Positions 6,931 through 12,416 of a DNA stretch of 12,416 nt are shown here, one piece after another. The position numbers and the translations under genes were made by a program. Within the stretch, counting starts at the first letter, position 1. Each line of letters begins with the position of its first letter. The stretch is from Candidatus Muiribacteriota bacterium. GTDB lineage: Bacteria; Muiribacteriota; Muiribacteriia; Muiribacteriales; Muiribacteriaceae. The notes under the pieces were generated by a model, which searched no databases, was not told the origin of the DNA, and saw nothing but the letters and a program-made list of their open reading frames with translations. The stretch covers positions 1 through 12,416 of the forward strand of contig JBNJGP010000078.1 in the NCBI GenBank assembly GCA_051747805.1, read 5' to 3'.

Positions 6931-7828
6931 TTTTCCATAATTTATTTTTAAAAAAAACCTGTCTTTCTTTCTGAGAAAAACCGCAGGCTAAACAGCTTTT
7001 TTTAAACTCTTTAACCCCGGGCGAGTCAGGACCGGGATAAGTTATAATAACCACGTCGCTTTTTAATTTATTCCCGCATTGGGGACATATATTAATTATA
7101 TTATAATAAAAAAAGCCTCCAGTTACAAGTGCCGTTGCACCTATGAGCAGAGCCAGCATAAATGTATTATCAAAAAGTAGTTTAACCAGGCGTGGATCTG
7201 TGGTATTAGTATCTTCTTTCTGAAGCTGATATTCTGCCCTTGAAAGAGTTAGCACAGCACTTTGAAGCTGATTTTTTAAGTCATTTAAGCCTTCTTTTAT
7301 ACCTTCACCAATAATTTCTTTATATCTTTCATCGTATACGCGCCCCTCTTTAAGGGAAACGTTCATATAATTATCTGCCGTATTAAAAGTTTCTTTCATA
7401 CTGTTTATAAGATTTTTACTGAACTTTTCATTCAGCACATAATCCAAATCTTTTGTATGGACCAAATTAACCTCGGGTTCATGTTTATAGAAAGCAAGTA
7501 CAACGGAATTTTCACCTTCTAGCCCATTTACTTTATTCCATCGTTGAAGAAGCATTTTAGTTAAATCAGTATTAATAAAATTCATAGAATTTTCAAGAGT
7601 AATAATAAATATTGAAATGCCGGTTGTATTTTCAATTAATTCAATTATATCCTGAATAGCAATTCTATGGTGAATATTAACAAAGTTAGCCCTGTCAACA
7701 ACAGGTCTATTTTCAACAATAAAATCCAGCTCAGGTTTATTTTCTGTTAAATTCTGAACGTAATCATAAATAATAAACGAGCTTGTTGAAATAAATACAA
7801 GGAATATTATTATTTTTATATATTTCAT
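6926..7828 (-). CDS. TPM-domain membrane protein with C-terminal zinc ribbon, 300 aa
   Basis: N-terminal anchor; TPM-like pattern VVDRANFV...IENTTGISIFIITL...LLQRW...NSVVLAF...GIKEGL; second TM helix FMLALLIGATALVTGGFFYY; CPQC...CLAC. Confidence 0.85.
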   Translation of the reverse strand: MKYIKIIIFLVFISTSSFIIYDYVQNLTENKPELDFIVENRPVVDRANFVNIHHRIAIQDIIELIENTTGISIFIITLENSMNFINTDLTKMLLQRWNKVNGLEGENSVVLAFYKHEPEVNLVHTKDLDYVLNEKFSKNLINSMKETFNTADNYMNVSLKEGRVYDERYKEIIGEGIKEGLNDLKNQLQSAVLTLSRAEYQLQKEDTNTTDPRLVKLLFDNTFMLALLIGATALVTGGFFYYNIINICPQCGNKLKSDVVIITYPGPDSPGVKEFKKSCLACGFSQKERQVFFKNKLWKR

Positions 7829-7855
7829 TTAGAATTGTTTTGCTCCAACCATACC

Positions 7856-8953
7856 TTAACTCCAGAAAACACCCTTTTCATCAGCAGAAAGTATTAAATT
7901 AACATTAAACTGTTTAAGCTCTAATTCCATTTTTTGCTTAATTATTTTACTAAAACTCTCTTCGCTTTCAAAATGGCCAATATCTATTATACTTAATCCT
8001 TTTTGAGAAGCATCAAAAGCTTCATGAAACTTCACATCAGATGTTATAAATACATCTGCACCATAAGAAATAACTTTATCTATAAAAGAAGCCCCTGCAC
8101 CATTACAGAAAGCAAATTTCTTTAATTGTTTTTCTGCATTACCACTTACTCTTAAAAAAGGAAATTCTTTTTTTAAGATTAAATATAAATTATTCAGTTT
8201 AACCCTTTCGTTAAAACTTCCACATAACCCATAACCTTTTTTTCGGCCGGTCTGTTTAAGCTCGTATATATCATACGCAACTTCTTCATAGGGATGAGAG
8301 GAAATCATACTATTTTTCACTTTATCCAGAAAAATTTCACTGCATATAGTTTCTACTTTAATTTCTTCTACTTTTTCAAGTTTTCCCGGTTTACCTATAT
8401 GTGGATTAGTATTATCTTCAGGAAGAAAAGTTCCATAACCGTCGCTATTATAAGAACAGTTAGAATATTCTCCAATAGAGCCCGCTCCTGCTTCAAACAT
8501 ACTGCTGCGAACCTTTTCAACATATTTTTTTGGTACAAAAACAGCCATCTTATATAAGGTTTCTTTAGAGACAACTGAAAGAGTTTTTAAATTATGTGAT
8601 AGGTTTTTTAAACAATCCGGAAGAAAATCCCGGCAGAACTCAATATCAAAATTAGTATGAAGTGAAATTACATTTAAATTATTTTTTATTAAATTAAAAA
8701 TAATATTATTATCTTCTTTTATTATCTTATTTATTTTATTAAAAATAGGGGGATGATGGGTAATAATCGTGTCACACCCTTTTTTCAACGCCTCATCCAG
8801 TGTTTCAGCATTAAGAGAAACACAAATAAAAATCTTTTCTACATAACTTTTACGACTGCCAATAATTAAACCTGTATTGTCCCAGTTTTCTGAATTTTTA
8901 AAAGGGGCTTTTGAGTTTAATATTTTTAAAAGATGTTGGATATTGAAATTCAT
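7856..8953 (-). CDS. Nif3-like dinuclear metal centre hexameric protein (YqfO/DUF34 family) with PII-like insertion, 365 aa
   Basis: WDNTGLIIG, ITHHP, SLHTNFD; insertion YKMAVFVP...AGAGSIGEYSNCSY...HPYEEVAYDIY; GAGASFI, TSDVKFH, GHFESE. AGGAAG upstream of the ATG. Confidence 0.96.
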   Translation of the reverse strand: MNFNIQHLLKILNSKAPFKNSENWDNTGLIIGSRKSYVEKIFICVSLNAETLDEALKKGCDTIITHHPPIFNKINKIIKEDNNIIFNLIKNNLNVISLHTNFDIEFCRDFLPDCLKNLSHNLKTLSVVSKETLYKMAVFVPKKYVEKVRSSMFEAGAGSIGEYSNCSYNSDGYGTFLPEDNTNPHIGKPGKLEKVEEIKVETICSEIFLDKVKNSMISSHPYEEVAYDIYELKQTGRKKGYGLCGSFNERVKLNNLYLILKKEFPFLRVSGNAEKQLKKFAFCNGAGASFIDKVISYGADVFITSDVKFHEAFDASQKGLSIIDIGHFESEESFSKIIKQKMELELKQFNVNLILSADEKGVFWS

Positions 8954-8976
8954 AAATTATGACTTCCTAAAAAAAA

Positions 8977-9052
8977 TGGTGCTCCCTAGGGGATTCGAAC
9001 CCCTGTCGCAGGCTTGAAAGGCCTGTGTCCTGGGCCTCTAGACGAAGGGAGC
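8977..9052 (-). tRNA. tRNA-Glu (anticodon TTC), 76 nt, CCA encoded
   Basis: GCUCCCU/AGGGAGC acceptor stem, CAGGC-CU-UUC-AA-GCCUG anticodon arm, AGGGG-UUCGAAU-CCCCU T arm, ACCA end. Confidence 0.98.
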
Positions 9053-9064
9053 CCATGTTTTTAA

Positions 9065-9140
9065 TGGTGGGCCCAACTGGATTCGAACCAGTGACCGCCC
9101 GGTTATGAGCCGGGGGCTCTACCAACTGAGCTATAGGCCC
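9065..9140 (-). tRNA. tRNA with CAT anticodon, most likely tRNA-Ile2 (lysidine-modified), 76 nt, CCA encoded
   Basis: GGGCCUA/UGGGCCC acceptor stem with C4-G69 and C5-G68 (TilS determinants); CCCGG-CU-CAU-AA-CCGGG; ACUGG-UUCGAAU-CCAGU. G1-C72 is paired and there is no GGG/CCC in the anticodon stem, so it is not an initiator. Confidence 0.93.
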
Positions 9141-9159
9141 TTGTTTTTTACGGAATTAG

Positions 9160-9188
9160 ATTTTAATATTTTCAATAGAAAAATGCAA
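9160..9188 (-). promoter_or_regulatory. sigma70-type promoter for the tRNA pair and probably the downstream operon
   Basis: Minus strand TTGCAT (9188-9183) - 17 nt - TAAAAT (9165-9160), preceded by an A-tract UP-like sequence AAAAAAATTAAAA, and 19 nt upstream of tRNA-Ile2. Confidence 0.75.
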
Positions 9189-9354
9189 GTTTTAATTTTT
9201 TTCACCAAAACCAGTTACCTTTTAAAAGTAGTGTAAGGTTGTTTTTCAATGAGAATAAAGCAAGGTCTAATTATAATAGGAGCAGATATCAAGCAGATTA
9301 TAAGAAATTATATTGTAATAGTTTTATATTTCTTTTAAATATGTTCTTAGTTTT

Positions 9355-10803
9355 TTATAAATTTTCCATTAGTTTTTCTGCAAGTTTTGCACTTTCAGAG
9401 TTTGGAGCAATAATTATTACTTTATTAAAATGTTTTATCGCCTCACCTATATTTCCTATATCCTGATATAATTTACCAAGGGCCATATAAGCATTAATAT
9501 TCATAGGGTCAATTTCTGTAACAAGCTGATATTCTTGAATAGACCGTTCTCTAACTCCCATTTTTTCATAAAGAGCCGCCAGGTTGTATCTTGCCTGAGC
9601 ATATTGCGGATGAATTTCTAAAGCTTTTAGATATTCTTCTATTGCCTGAGAGTAAACCCCCTCAAGAACGTAAGTGTTGCCAAGTTTATAACGCATTTTT
9701 GCCTCATCGGGAATGCTAAGCTTTTCTTTTCTCATTTCAATTTTTTCTTTGACTTTTTCAGCTTCTTCAGAAGCAAATCTTGAAGAATAGTCCTCTAAAA
9801 CAGTTTGCACAGGCTGGGAAGCCGAAGAAATACTTGCATAATCTCTAGTTCTATCCTGCGGAACTGTTCTTGCCTTTCTAACTATCTGACCATCTCTTGC
9901 CCTTTCAATTTCTCTATCAGCCTTTGTTATAATGTCACTTATATTCATTGTAAGGGAAAAAACAGATGTGTTTTCTATTCCATGTGTTTGATAAGCATAA
10001 TCAAATAACCAGGAATCATGGAGCACAGAAAATCCAGCAGTTATATTACCATCTTTTAAACCTGCACGAATTATACCATTTTCTGAAACCTTATATTCCC
10101 CACCAAAGCTAAAATAATCATTTCCTTTTTCCTCAACTATAAAATCCACACCATATCTGAAATCTTTTAGTCTTGATTCATATCCTAACCCAATTCTATA
10201 GCTTAACGGAATTGAATCATTTTTTCCTGAATCCCAGTCAATACCAGAAAACAAATCTTTTATACTTAATCCAAATGTATAACGTCTGTGAACTTTTCGT
10301 AAATATCCTATATCAAAACCAAGTCCCGTACCCTTCAGTCCGGCAAGGTCATTTTCAAGATATTTTAACGAAAAACCTAAATTTTCACGAGCAGATAATT
10401 TTCTTGAATAACTTATATTAAACATTGATTTTGAAACGTTAAGCATACCTATAATATTTCTGGACGAATCTGTTTCAGGAATATTATCAACACTTTCTCT
10501 TGCTAAAGATAAACCCGCAACTCCCCCAAGTAATGGACGTGAATAGGCAAAATAATCATTTTTTATATCTGAAGAAAATTTATTTTTATGTAGAAAATAA
10601 AAAGAAGTATAATCCATCTTTGACAACCCAGCCGGATTATATATCATTGATGAAATATCATCTGCCATACCAACAAAAGTATCGCCCATAGAATTTGGTC
10701 TAACTCCTAAATTATACTTTGTAATGGAGTCAAGAATTACTCCAGCATGTAAACTATATATCAGAACCAGTAAAATAAGGGGGATTAAAATTTTATTCTG
10801 CAA
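9355..10803 (-). CDS. PorV/PorQ-family (FadL-like) outer-membrane beta-barrel fused to C-terminal TPR repeats, 482 aa
   Basis: Signal peptide ending SLHA; signature GVRPNSMGDTFVGMADDISSMIYNPAGL; barrel strands (GFDIGYL, YRIGLGY, GGEY, IRAG, FDYAY) to about aa 288; three TPRs at about aa 367-468. TTG start with GGGAGG 7 nt upstream. Confidence 0.9.
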   Translation of the reverse strand: MQNKILIPLILLVLIYSLHAGVILDSITKYNLGVRPNSMGDTFVGMADDISSMIYNPAGLSKMDYTSFYFLHKNKFSSDIKNDYFAYSRPLLGGVAGLSLARESVDNIPETDSSRNIIGMLNVSKSMFNISYSRKLSARENLGFSLKYLENDLAGLKGTGLGFDIGYLRKVHRRYTFGLSIKDLFSGIDWDSGKNDSIPLSYRIGLGYESRLKDFRYGVDFIVEEKGNDYFSFGGEYKVSENGIIRAGLKDGNITAGFSVLHDSWLFDYAYQTHGIENTSVFSLTMNISDIITKADREIERARDGQIVRKARTVPQDRTRDYASISSASQPVQTVLEDYSSRFASEEAEKVKEKIEMRKEKLSIPDEAKMRYKLGNTYVLEGVYSQAIEEYLKALEIHPQYAQARYNLAALYEKMGVRERSIQEYQLVTEIDPMNINAYMALGKLYQDIGNIGEAIKHFNKVIIIAPNSESAKLAEKLMENL

Positions 10804-12415
10804 TTATAAACCTCCCATCTTTTGTCTGTTTTTTATCTCCGAAGTCAGCACTTATCCGGTAAATATAAACACCGTTTCCAACCCTGTTCCCTCTTCTATC
10901 CATTAAATCCCATATAAGGTCGGATGAAACCCCGCCCGTGTCTGAGGCATTTAATCTGTTAATAACTCTGCCCTGCATATCAAAAATACTGATTTGAACA
11001 GATTGTGCAGGTCTTGAAAAATCATAGTTAAAACGGAATACCCCGCCCCGGAAAGGATTTGGGTACGTAATAGTTCTGGTTATTTCACCTGTTGACGAAG
11101 TATCCTGGGCACCTGTTTTAAATTCCCATGTAGCCGGCACCACCTGTTTTCCAGTAAGCGAAAGCACACCAGAAACACTTACTGTAAATTCAGTATTTTC
11201 ATTAAGGGTACTAGTTGGTTTTATTAAGACAATAGTGGAAGATTGAACTTCTAAATCGGCTGGAACGTTTATTCCTGATTCTGTAAACTTCAGATTATTT
11301 AGATTAAAAGTGTCTGTGTTCATTTCTTCTGAAAACTCAACTCTTACACCAATTTTTCTGGGATTATCTTCAGAACCCGGCTCGGGAAACCTGTTTATAA
11401 CTTTTGGAAAATCTTCGTCATCTTCATCTGTTGCAAGAGAAGAAAATCCAAAATAAAGGTCTTTACTGCCAGAAACACCTGTATATAAATAAAATAATCT
11501 ATCATCTCCAGATTCAAATGAAATATTTTTAATGTCATCTAAATCATTTTCCAAAGATAAAATATAACTTTGATAGTCCCACCCATTTGTTTCCCGGGTT
11601 TTATAATTAATATTATACTCGCTTGCGCCTTCAATCCACAAAGCATATAAATTCTGTGAAAACTCATTTAAACAGGGCCACCCCAAAGATGAGTCAAGTC
11701 GTCCTTCGACTACTTCTAAAGTTTCCCATTCATTGCCTCCATCATATGAGATAATAAAAACCAGTTTATTATTTGTCCCTGGTACAAACTCATTAAAAAT
11801 AATATTCACATCATTGCCATTTAAATGCAAAAAGGGCTGAGCTTTAAAACTTGTAGAATCTGTTAAATCCTGATAAGTCAGGGGAATTTCAGAAGCGTCC
11901 TCGGCCCCCATAGATGAATTCCAGTAAAAAATTCTTGAAATATCATTCAGTTCTCTGTCAAAAATAATATTAAAATCTTCATTTGTGCCAGCTTTAATAT
12001 TTAAATTTGAGATATAACTTTCTGAAGAATCTATATCTTCTGTTAAAATATTAAACTCAGCTAAGGAAAGTTTGGTTTTTCCCTGCATAGCAGAAAAATT
12101 ATCTGAAATAAATAAAACATCAGACTCTATTGGACTCCCCGGTTTTACTGCTATAATTGAAACACCAATATCTGTAGAGTTTGAAGCCACACTAACTTCC
12201 TGAGCCATAAACTGTGTTTCCGGTTCATCGGCTGGAAATAAAATCTTATGGGCTGAAAAAGTTTCACCGTTATCTGTTGAAAAAGCATAATATACTTTTT
12301 TATAGCTATCTTCAGAGGATTCTCCTGTCCAGTAAATAAAAATATTATCTCCGCTCTTTGTTAGTACAGGTTTACCAAGCGAGGGCATGGTTGTCTCAAA
12401 AATCCTTTCAGGACT
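10793..12415 (-). CDS. 5'-truncated secreted protein: Asp-box/BNR (sialidase-like propeller) region, Big_5-like Ig domain, C-terminal T9SS type A-like / FlgD-Ig sorting domain
   Basis: The frame is open to the window edge (SPERIFETT precedes the track's Met at 12388). Asp boxes STDNGETF and SYDGGNEW; Ig domain PKVINRFP...VEFSEEMN...WEFKTG; tail YPNPF...ISIFDMQGRVIN...WDLMDRRGNRVGNGVYIYRI. Confidence 0.88.
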   Translation of the reverse strand, partial: SPERIFETTMPSLGKPVLTKSGDNIFIYWTGESSEDSYKKVYYAFSTDNGETFSAHKILFPADEPETQFMAQEVSVASNSTDIGVSIIAVKPGSPIESDVLFISDNFSAMQGKTKLSLAEFNILTEDIDSSESYISNLNIKAGTNEDFNIIFDRELNDISRIFYWNSSMGAEDASEIPLTYQDLTDSTSFKAQPFLHLNGNDVNIIFNEFVPGTNNKLVFIISYDGGNEWETLEVVEGRLDSSLGWPCLNEFSQNLYALWIEGASEYNINYKTRETNGWDYQSYILSLENDLDDIKNISFESGDDRLFYLYTGVSGSKDLYFGFSSLATDEDDEDFPKVINRFPEPGSEDNPRKIGVRVEFSEEMNTDTFNLNNLKFTESGINVPADLEVQSSTIVLIKPTSTLNENTEFTVSVSGVLSLTGKQVVPATWEFKTGAQDTSSTGEITRTITYPNPFRGGVFRFNYDFSRPAQSVQISIFDMQGRVINRLNASDTGGVSSDLIWDLMDRRGNRVGNGVYIYRISADFGDKKQTKDGRFIIAE

Positions 12416-12416
12416 A

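Noticed and set aside
6758..6940. 60-aa plus-strand ORF
   Set aside because: Antisense to rnpB; the GC-rich RNA gene explains the open frame.
6939..6965. Internal sigma70 promoter for rnpB (AAGACA-N15-TAAATT) and a T8-A5 slippery run
   Set aside because: Poor -35 match and short spacer; homopolymer runs are ubiquitous in this AT-rich sequence and the frame is intact.
9065..9140. Calling the CAT tRNA tRNA-Met or tRNA-fMet
   Set aside because: There is no C1:A72 mismatch or three G-C anticodon pairs. The GGGCCUA acceptor with C4-G69/C5-G68 favours Ile2, although elongator Met cannot be fully excluded without a model search.
8977..9354. Genomic island or prophage integrated at the tRNAs
   Set aside because: I saw no integrase and no duplicated tRNA 3' end, and a housekeeping nif3 gene follows directly.
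9239..9466. 75-aa plus-strand ORF in the tRNA-porV intergenic region
   Set aside because: TTG start without a properly spaced SD, about half antisense to the porV-like gene, and no recognisable motif.
3..10906. Other short ORFs in the track (3-200, 1003-1197, 1194-1436, 2316-2498, 3014-3196, 3462-3797, 4572-4769, 4818-5003, 5583-5822, 8294-8557, 9805-10008, 10173-10421, 10500-10691, 10724-10906)
   Set aside because: All are antisense or out-of-frame shadows of longer, well-supported genes and have no recognisable motifs.
12386..12388. Met at 12388 as the true start of the CTD-bearing protein
   Set aside because: The frame stays open to the window edge and no signal peptide follows this Met, so the gene begins outside the window.
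1..12416. CRISPR array, transposase, rRNA or defence system
   Set aside because: I saw no regularly spaced repeats and no motifs of these families.

Overview
AT-rich bacterial window in which every supported gene is on the minus strand. In transcription order (right to left): (1) a 5'-truncated secreted protein (Asp-box/BNR region, Big_5-like Ig domain, C-terminal YPNPF/FlgD-Ig T9SS-type-A-like sorting domain) overlapping a PorV/PorQ-family beta-barrel gene fused to C-terminal TPRs; (2) a sigma70-type promoter ahead of tRNA-Ile2(CAT), tRNA-Glu(TTC), a Nif3/YqfO gene, a TPM + zinc-ribbon membrane protein, the type A RNase P RNA (rnpB), three TPR genes, an HDOD gene and a zinc-ribbon/pilin-like membrane protein, with gaps of at most 27 nt; (3) a 691-aa FN3-repeat lipoprotein and a GC-rich hairpin at the left edge. 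Two features stand out. rnpB overlaps both neighbours: the upstream stop codon is in the 5' strand of P1, the probable start codon and signal peptide of the downstream TPR protein are encoded by the P2/P4/P1 3' strands, and an extended flanking stem is present. The T9SS-like cargo + PorV-TPR pair occurs with promoter and RBS signals that are not Bacteroidota-like. All protein calls come from reading motifs by eye; no database search was run.
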